Part shown: positions 44,288 through 57,412 of the stretch, one piece after another | Layout: every line of letters begins with the position of its first letter | Position numbering within the stretch: position 1 is the first letter of the stretch | From: Syncephalis fuscata S228 | Taxonomy: Eukaryota > Fungi > Zoopagomycota | Length of the DNA: 64,000 bases | NCBI GenBank assembly: GCA_025786725.1 | Contig: JAHLTZ010000017.1 | Coordinates: forward strand, 471,327-535,326 | Direction of reading: 5' to 3' | The notes under the pieces: model-generated | The model's input: only the letters and a program-made list of their open reading frames with translations | Database searches by the model: none | What the model was told of the DNA's origin: nothing | Position numbers and translations under genes: made by a program

Positions 44288-44395
44288 AATGCCAATCTTG
44301 TGGCATAATATAAAATCGCGATGTGATGGCAACAAAGAACACGATGTTTTACACAGGCAAAGCAAAAATAATGAAAAAATCCGATTGAATTCAAA
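44288..44395 (+). repeat. ~110-bp direct repeat, copy 2
   Basis: About 90% identical to 41543-41654. Confidence 0.9.
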
Positions 44396-44633
44396 GTAGT
44401 ATTTAAATTATTGTATTAAGTATTGTAACTAGTGTTTCTTTATATATATATATATGTATGATCTATTTTCCGCGTTAATTTGGGCAATAGTTATTCATTT
44501 AGTGGGTCGATAATTTAGAACGTGCAATCAAAAATTGCCACATGCTGCTTTAAAACTCCCCATTTATAGATGATAAAAAGGTTGTTTGTTTTGTAAATTA
44601 ATCTCATCTTTACTCCATTCGACTTTCTCAACC

Positions 44634-45916
44634 ATGCATTATTTTCATATTTTCATCGCAAGTGTTTTGCTAGCCCATGCGGCTGCTGGTCTAACCGCCG
44701 CCATAGTTGAAAGAAACGGTGATAAGCCAAAAATTGAACCATTTGTTGCTACCGACGAATTTAAAGTGATAGAAGAAGGACAGGATATACCTCCAAGTAA
44801 GTAGCTCATCAAGCCAGTACACCCAGTACTAATATAATGCATATTAGATCTTTATGTCAAATTAGATATGACTACGGGCAGCGAATGGCAAAACTGATGC
44901 CAAAAGAGACGCCAAAGCCGTCAGCTAATCAATATGACCTTACACTACCAGAAACATCCGTGCAGGAAAAAGCGTCTGACCCACAAGCAGCAGCTATCAA
45001 AAAGATTGAAACCAAGCTGCACCATTTAGAAGATAAAGAAAAATTATCCCATAAACAAAACAAGCCTACGCCAAAAAGACGTGTCTCTCCAAGTGCCAAA
45101 CGTCTTGCACCACATATTGAAATTATAAAATCAGCAAATGCTGATTCAACCAACTTGCATTCAAAACTATCCAAAGCTCTGGACAGCCTAGAGGATCTAG
45201 TGAATGAAATGGAGTATGGCTATACGTTTAGTACGGGCGATGGTTTGCCACAAGTTCTCAAAGTATTAGATCCATCCTGGCCAGCAGATTTACGCAGAAA
45301 GGCCGCAATTGTTATTGGAGAAGCATTAAGTAATAATCAGGAAGCACAAGCTGCTGCCAAATCCTACAATATAACTGCAACTCTACTCGGGCTTTTATCA
45401 AAAGAATCTAACGTGGATGTTGTTGCTCAACTACTTTATGCATTGTCAAGCACAACACGCGGCGACCACACCGCTCACGATATATTTTACAACGATGATG
45501 GGTTTGTTACTCTTGCTCAAGTGTATAGCAAATTCTCAGATATACATGTTCGCAACAAATGTGTAACTTTATTTACAGACTTGCTTAATCCCGATATGCA
45601 AGCAGACACTGATGCACAATCCAATACAGCACAGCCAACTCATCGTGGCTTAAATGACTGGTGCAAAGCACTTAAAGACACTTTAGAGATGTCGAGTCAA
45701 GATGTATACTTTCAACTAGACTTTATGCGTGCTCTTATCGCACTCAAAGAAGAAGAAGCTAAAGATAAAGAAAAGTTTTGCGAACAAGATTCGTCCTTAT
45801 TAGCGTATTTCGACACACAGACTAAAGCCGCTAAACCACGAGTCTCATCAGGCGATGAAAACCAAGTGAAATTGTTTGAATTACTAGAACAAGCACGTAA
45901 ACTTTATACTGAATAA
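44634..45916 (+). CDS. SIL1: ER Hsp70 nucleotide exchange factor Sil1; 2 exons
   Basis: Signal peptide, FVATDEFKVIEEGQDIPP|NLYVKLDMTTG.RMAKL, ALDSLEDLVNEMEYG, AAIVIGEALSNNQEAQ (ARM repeats). One base missing near 44876. Confidence 0.85.
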
Positions 45917-45925
45917 ATGTGTGTT

Positions 45926-46478
45926 TATTAGCAATTTAATGTAGCTTGATGTTGAATGACTATTTTAATAACATTCGTGTAATTGAGCATGATGATGAGT
46001 AATGAATGACATCAGTGATCAAAATACTCATCATTGTAGATTTATTATCCATTATGTATATATCCTATATTCACTTGTCGCATCCCATTGTATATTTATT
46101 CTACAGCATATTATTCTATATTTACTTGACTTTTTTCTATTCAAAATTATTGTTTATTTATCGTTAGTTTTATTATTAATAAATTCGGCGCACTTTATTT
46201 ATTTGATTTGTCAAACTATTTGTACTTGAAGTCTATAACATATAGAATATACCTAATATATGGTAGAATGGCATACGGTAATATAAGTATGCAGTAAAGT
46301 TATATGAGTAGATAACAAATATACGCATACTGGATAATAAATCTACAATGATAAGTATTTTAAACTTTGACGTCACTCGCCATCCATCATCATGCTCAAT
46401 AGAGAGAATATGTAGTTCAATTGCGCAAATGTCATTAAAGCTAGCCACTTAACACTAAATTATACTAGCTGCTTAATA
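45926..46478. mobile_element. Older MITE family A element filling the SIL1-PET117 intergenic region
   Basis: 45926-46060 is an inverted repeat of ~46325-46478. Both ends resemble the TIRs at 32046/32815 and 8426. Confidence 0.65.
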
Positions 46479-46484
46479 AAATGG

Positions 46485-46777
46485 TTATGTTTTATTGCTG
46501 TCATTATCGGATGGTTTTATCATCTGTTCCTTTTCCAGCTGCTTTTGTAAGCGCTGTTGTTGTTCTAGCTCTGCTATATTACGCTTTCGCTGTTCGTAGC
46601 GTTCCTGGTCGCGTATAACACCTTCGTGCAGCGTCTGCCAGCAGTATTAGCAAACTCGTAGATTCTTTACACGATTGTTACCTCTCGTTCTAGTCGTTGC
46701 TGCCTATGCACTCCATAGACAATCGCGACTGTCGCGGCTATAGAGAGTGTTAGTGTTAGTTTACTGGCTCGCGACAT
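46485..46777 (-). CDS. PET117: Cytochrome c oxidase assembly factor Pet117; 2 exons (absent from the ORF track)
   Basis: MSRASKLTLTLSIAATVAIVYGVHRQQRLERE|TLHEGVIRDQERYEQRKRN..LEQQQRLQKQLE. Confidence 0.9.
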
Positions 46778-46976
46778 ATTATAAGCAACAAAGGGTAAAG
46801 AAAACCAGTAAGCAGTTTAAAACTGTGGATAGCGAAATAAGAAAAACTGGCAGGATGGTATCGCTTTAATGGCACGAAGCCGCCGTCTTCCGTCATTTAC
46901 AGATTCCGATCCCACTCACACTACTCCCTTCTTCGTTACTTTCTCGTCTTTTGATTCATCGTTATTTTTGAAGATC

Positions 46977-48004
46977 ATGGCTCAGCGTGCGCTACTTAAG
47001 ACTAATGCTGTGCGTGCGATGCGTGCAGCCACAATGCCTGCACTCCGCCCGGCAGTTACTAGCATCCGCGCATACTCGTCAGCCAATGACAGCAAGCCTG
47101 CTTCTGGTAAGTCCGAGTCTCATCGCGTATTTTACTGCATTATGTACAACTCGTTACTATCGGATCTATGCATTATTAACGCTTTGATTTTTTAAACTAG
47201 CCACCGAGGTTGAGCCAAAGAAAAAGGCACTAAGCATCATTGATGCTCTTCCCGGTAACTCTATTATTTCCAAGACCGGTTACATTACCGTTGGTGCCGC
47301 TTTGGCCACTGCTTTGATCTCCAAGGAAATCTACGTGGTCAACGAGGAAACATTGGTATTGGTTTCCTTTACCGGTTTGGTCACCGCTTTGTTGAATAGC
47401 GTTCGCGGTCCATACAGCGAATTCGTCAAGGATCAATTCAACGTAAGTTACATTTATGGTATATACGCGTAGAATAGAGCAATAAACTCATACGCGTCAA
47501 TAATAGAAAATGAAGGATATGCTTGAAAGTGCACGTAACAACCACAAGGCCATTATCCAGACACAGATCAGCGAAACGGCTCAGTTGCGCGATGCTGTCG
47601 GCATTACTAAGAACTTGTTCAACATGTCCAAGGTACAGTTTAAGCTGTTTCATTCATAAATAGCCATTAAATAGTAATTGTAAAATAATAACTGTAATAA
47701 TAGGAAATGGCCGCCATGGATGCCCAAGTATTTGAATTGAAGCAAAAGGCTGCTTTGTCTGCTGAAATCAAGAGCGTCTTGGACTCATGGGTGCGTCATG
47801 AATCGGCACTCCGCGAACGCGAACAGCGCCAGATCTCCGACCAAGTTATGGCACGTGTTCAATCTGCTTTGCAAGACCCAAAGACTGTAAGAAACAAATA
47901 GAGCGTGTAGATGTTATACTAATTATTATAAATATTAGCAAAACCAAATCCTTGCTCAAGCTATTGCTGATGTCGAGCGCGTGATTGCGAGCAAGAAGGC
48001 TTAA
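46977..48004 (+). CDS. ATP4: Mitochondrial ATP synthase subunit b; 5 exons
   Basis: EPKKKALSIIDALPGNSIISKTG, ISKEIYVVNEETLV, EIKSVLDSWVRHESALREREQRQ, ILAQAIADVE. Confidence 0.95.
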
Positions 48005-48083
48005 ATAGAATTAAGCTAATATTGCTCTGAAATATACTTGAGTTTATTTCATATAAAGAACAAGAGCCCCCATTTCAAATATA

Positions 48084-49277
48084 CTAGGCACCGTATTTTG
48101 GTGTACGACCCAATTTAAATGCAACTTCAGCCATTAACTGGCAAGTAAGGACGCAACCAGACGTTCCTTTAGCTGCACAGTTATGTTCAGAAAATACCAC
48201 TGCATCATCACAACGAGTTGAGTCAGTATGAAAGATTGCGTATATTCCTCGATTACTATAAGTATCAATAGTAGCGTATAGATAGTATAATAGTTAGTTA
48301 TAAAAACAATAGAATATGATATAAGCAATTACCTGTAGAATTGGGATATAAGCGTATTATCCCAAATAGAATAGCTAGGCTTTAAATTTAATTGCTGTGT
48401 ATAAGCTGCACTTGACGTGTCTAATGACTGGTAAATAGCTCGTAATTTACGCATAGCATCAAAAGACACTTTGTTAAATGGACTAGCTACAAGAGTCACT
48501 AATACTTCTTTGGATAGCGTGTTATCATCGAGTACACGAGCACATAGTGTATCCATCCAACATATATTATTATTAAATGCACTATTAGATACTTGACTTG
48601 AAGCCGTCCAGTAAACAAGACATAAATCGGCCACGTCGTTACTGGTTGATGCCAATATTGATATTATATTATTTTGCACTTGGTTGACACTATCAGTATT
48701 ATTATCGCTGTTAATCAAATCCGATGATATTAGATGGGTTGTAGACAATCCAAGTCTATCTCCAAACTGACATGCTTCTAATGAATCAGTAAACAAAGCC
48801 ACACGAAGTTTATGGAACCTAGATATTATTAGTGATAATCGAGTTATACCTAATAGTAGCTACATTTTCTTATAATCTGCACGTATCTACAAATATTCAA
48901 CATATAATTAATAATTAACTCAAAATAATAATAGGTTTTGTTTACTAACTTGAGACTCAGTAGTTGCTTCCTTGGTAATACCAAACAATAAGCGTAGCTC
49001 ATTGACTATAGAACATTCAATATTATCTACGAACAAGTTTATTATTGACCAGCTCAATTGTTAATAAACAAAGCACTAAATTACCTTGACCTGGAAAGAC
49101 TAGCGTACCGGCTGTTCCTTGTTTAACTACACTGTCCAGACCAGTATGCGTAGTTTGTTCAAGCAGTGTTGTATGAGCTGCTTCATTGACTACATTCAAT
49201 TGGCTTTGTTGTATAATAGCGGGTCGAGATAAACCACGTCCATAGATAAATAGACAACGTTTTGGCGTAGCGTACAT
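48084..49277 (-). CDS. Conserved uncharacterised protein ending EVAFKLGRTPKYGA; 5 exons
   Basis: N-term KRCLFIYGRGL; NELRLLFG; MFHKLRVALFTD; C-term LMAEVAFKLGRTPKYGA*. From memory this resembles a plant/fungal uncharacterised family ending ..KAPKYGA. Confidence 0.7.
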
Positions 49278-49422
49278 TGTGTCAACTTACGTCATAAAAG
49301 ATAGAAGAGAAAATAGTCTGAATAAACTTTTCTTCTTTTTCTTTTGTATTGCTATTACTGCTCGCCATTCTTTTTGTTGTTACTACTCTTAATAGGAGTT
49401 TTTTCAATTAGACAGCGCCACT

Positions 49423-50581
49423 ATGCCATCACCAATAAGTCAAATGACAAACGAGCAAATAGAACGTAGTAAAGCGGTTAAATCCGTTCTTGAAACGCTT
49501 GCTCAAACGTGCGTTACTCTTCGTGAACAAACATGTGAAGCTACAGCCGGTACACAATTTGACGGTCCATTGTTCGTCCAACATATAGGTAAGTTATTGT
49601 AGATATTCGAATAAACTGTTAATTGACATTATTTATTTATTATCAATAGGCAATTTAGGAACAATCATTAGCCATCAAGCTACAAAAGCAAATCTGGCAT
49701 GTAAACGTGGTAGTATACCAGGAGATGCCGTTGGATTAATTGATCAGCTACAAGAAGCACTTCATGCTATTCAAGAGATGCGAAAGAATGCACCAATATC
49801 AATAGGTGCTACACTTTTAAAGTCTATTACAGATATAACATGTGAATTACTTGATAACACTTATGACTGGGCCAATACATTGGCTGATGGTCTTAAAGAC
49901 ACATATACACCCGAAGCAGATGAAGAAATAGAAGCAGTGGCTCGATCAAAGCTTGGTCTAGTTTGGAATGCGTGTAAAGCACTATGGACAATCCCTTCGA
50001 CCAATACCGAAGCAGTAAAGCGTCGCTGGAAGAGTAACGCTAATATTATTAACGATGCTATTGATGAATTTGAAGAAGCATTGGCTGAGGACGCCAAACT
50101 TGCTGCAGATCCATTAAATGGACTTGCTAATGAAATGGAACAACTGGCTATTGAAAAGAATGAAGAAGAAGAAGATGATGATGATAAACAATTATCACCT
50201 AAAGCTGACTGGGAACGAGAGATTTGTCAGTGTGCACTGGCCAGTACAAAATTAGTTAAACGTTTATTATTGAAGGTTGAACAACGTGGTATATCAAATG
50301 AAGGAGCATTGCCTAAATGGCAAGATGACTGTTTGGATGTGGCCAATGCTTTGTTATCGCAAGTTGATAATCTAGGTGATTTATTTTGGTTTCTAGATTC
50401 AGATGTACAAAAAGCCCGTATCGATGCTATTCATCATTTAGATCTACTTTATAAAGAAGCTAATAAACTGGCTGAACTGGCAAGTGAACAATTAACAGAC
50501 CAACACAAGACGTGGCTTGAACTATGTATGAAACAACTCGATGCTCAACGACTTGTTATACGAAATGCCGCTTCAATATAG
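49423..50581 (+). CDS. GCIP/CCNDBP1-domain protein; 2 exons
   Basis: IISHQATKANLAC, IGATLLKSI, LGLVWNACKAL, IINDAIDEFEE, acidic linker, LLSQVDNLG. Confidence 0.75.
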
Positions 50582-50677
50582 TATAATAGTAGTTATTATC
50601 ATTATTATTATTATAGCATAGTAATAAAATTATTGTCTTTATCACAATTTTCTATATGTAATGCTTCATTCAACCGT

Positions 50678-51328
50678 TAGATTTATTATCTAGTATGCAT
50701 ATATCTAGTGCACATATATCATTTTTATTTTATCATATACTAACTATATATCAATTTATGATATACTGGTTATATTATGTTTTTTACATGTTTTAATGTA
50801 TTTTATTCAGTCTACGCATTACATTATATACACTATAACTTCATTGTTGCTATTCATAATCTTTCTATTGTTTATTCATATTAATACATATAGCTATGTG
50901 CTATAATAATCCTATTCTATTCATAACTGTTGTCTGTTTAGCTCTAGTTTTATTATCTATAAGCTTGATTTGTTTTGCTCATTAAGCCATATGCACCGAT
51001 AAAACAAATAAAAGTATACATAAACATATTGTTTTATTAGAAGCATGTATTAGATTGGCTGTTTATAGATAATCATCACTGGATTGATTGGTGCCAGTTA
51101 TTTACGGTTTGATGGCATTCAGGCCAAGTGATGTGTATTTACAGTAATAACAAGTTTAAGTGAAAATAAATTGGTATAAAGTGAAAGATATTAGAAGTGA
51201 AAGCAGTCTAGATGTAATAATTATATGAATATAGGATAGAATGAGAATGATATATGTGTACTGAATATGAGTATTTTGATAATTGATGTCATTCACCATC
51301 CACCACCATGTTTAATAAACTGAATGTT
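50678..51328 (+). mobile_element. Truncated MITE family A copy
   Basis: 50706-51328 is nearly identical to 32154-32772. It lacks most of the left TIR and the distal right TIR. Confidence 0.9.
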
Positions 51329-52495
51329 TAATTTAAGTGTGTGGATAATTGATGTAGTTATCTGATTTAAAGATAATAATAAACAGTCAATAAATTGTAT
51401 AATATTATTAATATAACAACAATAAATAGTACTGGCAAGAATACCAATACTTTATTAAACAATTGTATGTGGATTATATTAAACATATGCTATACAAGTG
51501 TTCAAATAGATATATATATACCAAGTAATTTTCCAAAGTTCCATGGCTTCTGACTTTAGATTCAACCTGCGGCAATAGTATTTAGTAGCATACAGCCGTA
51601 TGATGATGTAGTAATAGCCTATAATGCAATCTATTATTTGATTGCTACTATTTAATATTTATCATCAGTAGTCTTTATAGCATTTAATGCTACAAGTTAC
51701 CACAGCGTCAGCTTTTAAGATAAATATACCTGTTAAATTGTTAGTTATTTGGCCTGATGTCTGACCTTTACCGGTCTGTTAGATAAATGATGGAAATATT
51801 GATCAAGCAAAAAAGTAAAAGGTTGAAATGATGTATAGTACACGTCTGAACCGCAGAGGTTGGTTGTATTTTTTATCTTCAAGAAAAGATTGCGATATTA
51901 ACATATTCTTTATTTTGTCTTTTATTAAATAAAAATCTATGGTTTTCATCAAGTATATTAACATATCATAATTGTTTACCCTGATACAGCCAGATCTGTG
52001 TTAATTATTTTAACAATAGTATCAGTAACTGTGTTAATTGCCTTTTTAATTTCTACTATTTTTACTATACAAACAAATACATAACACGCGTCATCCTATT
52101 CTTAATGTTTATTTAAAAGCTTTAGACATTTGTTATAGAATTTGATCCATTTGCTTACCACGCTAATTTAGCTGCATACACTATAGTTTCATCATTATAA
52201 TTTATATATTACCACGATTACTGTTATTATTATTTAGACTATTATCAAAATAAACACTATTACTGAATGTATTTGTATTGGTCGATTCTGTGTTTAAATG
52301 CATAGATTTCAGTACATGGAAAAGTCAACTCTCTATAGCTGTATAGACTTTTATTATAGATGATTAACAACAATAGCGCCTACCCACTCATTTGTTTAGT
52401 TAAAATATTTTATTTACTTTTTAAAGTAATTGACTTCCACTGATATGTGAAATAATTCTAAAAATAGTAAGTTTAAAATGGCTAGTACATTGTAA

Positions 52496-53831
52496 TTATG
52501 AGGCAGAGAAAATTGGATAATCTGTATACCCTTCACGACCAGGTGTATAGAATGTAGCGCGATTATAAGGTGTAAATGGCTGGTTGTAAGAATACGAGCT
52601 GGAAGATCAGGATTCGAGATAAACGAGCGACCAAATGCGATTAAATCGCCGCGATTAGCTTCGACTACTTCACGTGCTGAATCGGCCTTGTAGCCACCAG
52701 CACGAATCACCGTGCTCTTGCTCTTTCGGATCTCATCCACAAGCAACTCAATATCTGGTACTGATGTTGTGTCTTGAGTGTCATTGCTACCAGCAATTCG
52801 TGGTTCAACCAAATGAACATACGCTATATTCAGTTGGGTAACGGCGCGGATAGCTTCCGTATATAATGCCAGTGGATTATCGTCATGCATATCACCAAAC
52901 TTGCCATAAGGCGAGAAACGGATGCCTACGCGATCACTTCCAAATACGTCCACAGCTGCTTGAACAACTTCTACAGCAAATCTTACTCGGTTTTCAATAG
53001 ACCCACCATATTTATCACTACGCTTATTCGTGCTGCTTTCGAGGAATTGATTGATCAAGTAGCCGTTGGCCGCATGGACTTCAACGCCGTCGAATCCCGC
53101 TTCTTTGGCATAGATACTTGCACGACGATAGTCTTCGATAATTGCAGCAATTTCGTTTGTCTCTAACTCCCGTGGTACTTCATATGGAACTTGTTCGCCT
53201 TTCTTATTCTGGGTTAAAGCATCAGTGATTGCTATCGGCGAAGGAGCAACAGGCAGTTGGTTATTAGGAACAAAATCTAATACAGATGATTAGTTTTCAG
53301 TATAACTTCAATTACTATAGCTATATACGTACCACTATGGCATGCTCGTCCGCGGTGCCTAATAAAGTCAATAGACTGTGTTAATATTCAGCATACCTTT
53401 ATTTAAGTTTACCTTACCAGAGTTGCATAATAAACACAGTATCAGGTGTCTTTTCTTTACTGCATCAACAACCTTCTTCCAAGCATCGCGCTGTTCGGCA
53501 GTCCAAATACCCGGCACATTATAATCACCTAAAGAAGTGTCGGATATGCCGGTCGCTTCTGTGATAAGTAATCCTCCTGAAGTAGTTCTCTGAGTATAAT
53601 ATTCACTAGCTACTGAATACTGTACATTCTACGGTAATATTAACGTAAGTAACGTGATACTATCCATTGCCACCCGTGGGTATATATTCTGGCAGACACA
53701 ATAGTTTAAAGTAGTCTACTTACATTGGTGGCACGACGTCGCGTTAGTGGTGCCAAAGCAATACGGTGTTGTAATGACCAGGCTCCAACACGTAGCGGTT
53801 GGAATAAAGCGTTGTTGGACGTGGCGGCCAT
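52496..53831 (-). CDS. Old Yellow Enzyme / NADH:flavin oxidoreductase; 4 exons, two apparent 1-nt deletions
   Basis: LFQPLRVG..LQHRIALAPLTR, EYYTQR..GGLLITEAT, QLWHRGRA, AGFDGVEVHAANGYLINQFL..TNKRSDKYGGSIENR, AFGRSFISNPDL, FYTPGREGYTDYP after correction. Confidence 0.9.
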
Positions 53832-54528
53832 GCTATTTTGTTAAACTTGAGTTGTAATTTGTAAGTATATAAAAGGCTGTTGCTTGAAATAAAAATAAAT
53901 TGTTAGTTATAAACCGCTATATTGTGGCGCAGCTTTTATACGTTTATCTATTGCAAGTGCTTAGTAAGAAATTCACATCGGACTAGCTGGCACTTAGTAA
54001 TATTAAATTATATTACGTATCAATGCTGTGGTATTGTTTTACGAAATTAAACGCAGAAATGATGCCATTTGCTTTTGATTTCTAGCTGTATTAGTAAGCG
54101 TGCAGTCCAACATTTTACCCTTTTGGTGTATGAGCAATGCTTATCATCGTCATATCAATACAGTTTTATATTGTCAAATTTGATCTTCGTGTTTTTACAT
54201 GAGCTGGCCTAGAGATAGTATCAATAGTTTATTTAGTTAACTGTCTTACTTATTTTTGTTGATGTGATTACATTAATAAATGTGCACTATGTGTCATTTC
54301 ACTTTAGCATTTAATTTTAAACCATGTGGATCTTAATATATAATAAATTAATATATTGATTACGTAGTATGCTGTGTGCTATCATCTATCATGGTAAACA
54401 TTTTATTAATTGCGCTATCATTTGGGGCCAGTGGTTACATTTGATAATACTCACGCAAGTAAACTAGACATTTGTTTGAAAAAACATGAACCGGGTAATA
54501 AAATATATTAATAAGCAAATCATCACAC

Positions 54529-55021
54529 TTAGTGTGATTTAGTGTTAATGACTATGTTGATAACATTCAGTTTATTAAACATGGTGGTGGATGGTGAATG
54601 ACATCAATTATCAAAATACTCATATTCAGTACACCTATATCATTCTCATTCTATCCTATATTCATATAATTATTACATCTAGACTGCTTTCACTTCTAAT
54701 ATCTTTCACTTTATACCAATTTATTTTCACTTAAACTTGTTATTACTGTAAATACACATCACTTGGCCTGAATGCCATCAAACCGTAAATAACTGGCACC
54801 AATCAATCCAGTGATGATTATCTATAAACAGCCAATCTAATACATGCTTCTAATAAAACAATATGTTTATGTATACTTTTATTTGTTTTATCGGTGCATA
54901 TGGCTTAATGAGCAAAACAAATCAAGCTTATAGATAATAAAACTAGAGTTAAACAGACAACAGTTATGAATAGAATAGGATTATTATAGCACATAGCTAC
55001 ATGTGTTAATATGAATAAACA
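54529..55021 (-). mobile_element. Truncated MITE family A copy, inverted
   Basis: Reverse complement of ~32317-32806 and of 50869-51328, with only a few mismatches. Confidence 0.9.
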
Positions 55022-55324
55022 GTATTAAAGAAAGGTATAAATACAATCAAGCCAACTTTATAATAGCCAATATATAGTACTTGATCATATTTATATAGCT
55101 ATACTATCAATTATATAATGTAATATATTTTATTATAACAGACATCTTGTTAATAGCTATTGGTTTTGACTAAACATATTGCTGTATTCGCTCTATTCTT
55201 CTATTACTTGTTCACTATTCCAATATCCATAGTCTGGAGTTATACCAGTATATTTAACGAAACATAGTTTTATTTTATATAAACAATAATAGGACTAAGA
55301 AAGAGTAAATACAATAATGAAATA

Positions 55325-57412
55325 TTAAACATTTCGTTCGTGATGCCATCGTTCCATGATTTCATCAAAGCGTTCATTCATGGTCAGTTGTAAGCTAGAA
55401 GTTGATGGCGTGCTTGTACTCATAATTGCATTCACATTTGAAGATAAAAGGACACCAGCATTGGCACTATTGGCACTTGAACCAGAACCAGTCGTCTGAT
55501 GATGGTGTTGATGGCGTTGTTGCTGGTGTTGTTGTTGATGGTGCATTGACTGTACATGGGCATGACTATAAGGTCCATGTCGGCCTCCACTGTTAGTAGG
55601 AGTAATAGTCGTAGTAGTACTGGCAGTAGTGCCATTATTGGTATTGGCATTGTTTGTTTTGTTATTGCCATTACCATTGCCATTATTATTATTGACATTG
55701 TTATTATTATTATTATTGATATTCGTATTGCCATTCGTGTTGCCATTAAGTGGTGACATTTGATCATCTGGTCGACGAGAATCACGTCTTAATGGAGGTG
55801 TGGTAGTATTGCCAATGGTGGTTGTACGGGCATCTGCTCTGCGCATTAGCGAGGCATGTCGACTCGGCACGACAGGCATGGTAGCTTTCATGGTATTTGA
55901 ACGCTTCATTTGCTTGTTAGGCCTCATAACAAACATGGGACTTTCCTTGGCCTGTTGCAGTTGCTGGTAGTACTTTAATGGATAATCATCGAGTCCAAAA
56001 TACCGCTCTAAAAATAACGATTATAAATAAATAGATTTATAGTGTTATTACAGTTGATTATTTACCTCGATTGCCGTGCACGATGACCAGTGTATAATTC
56101 TTGCCATCATCAGTAAGATCGTATTTACGAAGTGCCATATCAAGAATTTGTTGACTTGTGCTTTCGAGTGTGATACGAAGTGCTTTATAGGCCTCGCTTT
56201 CACGTCCAGGCAATCGATCGCCATAAACACGAATAGCACCTATGTTAAGCTCGGCTGCAGCGGGACTCTTTGGCGGTTCCACCTCTCGTATCTATCATTA
56301 ATATTACGCATTAGCCAATATTCTTTACATCTAATATTCCCATTGCCATTCGCTTTATGCTTTATACAATCAATCCACCCTTTACCGCCACTCATTCCAT
56401 GACTAATTACCAGATGAGCCTCACTCTTGATAAATGGAGAAACAGGCGTGGTATTTGCCGCTGGATGTTTATCGTTTGTAGGTGATCGTTGGCCTTTTTC
56501 TTTCTTTTGCAAAAATGGAAGAGGTGATCGAGAGCCGTTCTTGATAGAGGCTGGCGATATCAATGTCAATGCAGCCGGCTTATTACGTTTATTTGTATCA
56601 GTAGCAGGTATAGATATGGAGTTGGTGGCACTCGGTGGAGTAACCAGAGGAAACACAGGCGATAGCGTATCTTTACGGACTGGCGTCGTTGTAGGTGGCG
56701 ACATGAGGCCATCATTTGAATCGGTCTATAGTTTGATTATTAAGTACATTTAATTATTTAATTAGTTAATTAGTTACATTACTTACTTTGCCAGCTATTT
56801 GACGCAAGACCGGTAGCAATTGATCACGTAACATCTTTAATTCATGGCTTATATGAGCCACTTCATCCATCACATTTTGAACCTTGGCAGCTATTATTCA
56901 ACATTGATTAGTTTATTATTTTTTTTATTTACATTTACATATTTGTTTGTTTACATATCCTTCTTACCTTGTGATGCCAAATTTGATCTGCCTGTACGAT
57001 CCTCTGTCCAAGTATCTATATCTTATATTATCGTTATTTATAAGTATGCGTATTTAGCTAACACTGTTATTGTTACCTTGTGGAATAAATCCATCTGCTT
57101 CAATAGGAATATTCTGCTCCACCTTTAATTTATAGATCGCCTTTAGTATGCCAAGTCGATGGCCTACAGATGTGACGTTAAGGTCGCGCAGTGTTTCATG
57201 CGATAGATGAATGAGGACATCGCCCGATACTCCCTCGGCTATTGCACCGCCAATGCAGATTTGTTAGTACATGCTAGCTTGGCACCATGGTGCTTATGCT
57301 CTACTAGTCTCTACCGCTTACCTTCAAACTGATGACTATAGCCACCATAACCGTGCTTGGTCAACCAGTTCTGCACTTGGCCCGTAGACCATTGCTCTAC
57401 AGAGCGGCTCAT
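55325..57412 (-). CDS. STE50: Ste50-like MAPK adaptor (SAM + RA domains); multi-exon
   Basis: SAM VEQWSTGQVQNWL..EGVSGDVLIHLSHETLRDLNVTSVGHRLGILKAIYKLK; RA YKALRITLESTSQQILDMALRKYDL..YTLVI..ERYFGLDDYPLKYYQQL..SPMFVMR. Confidence 0.82.

Noticed and set aside
52496-53831. OYE as a pseudogene
   Set aside because: Catalytic motifs are intact, there are no nonsense codons after correction, and both lesions match the window-wide deletion pattern. Not fully excluded.
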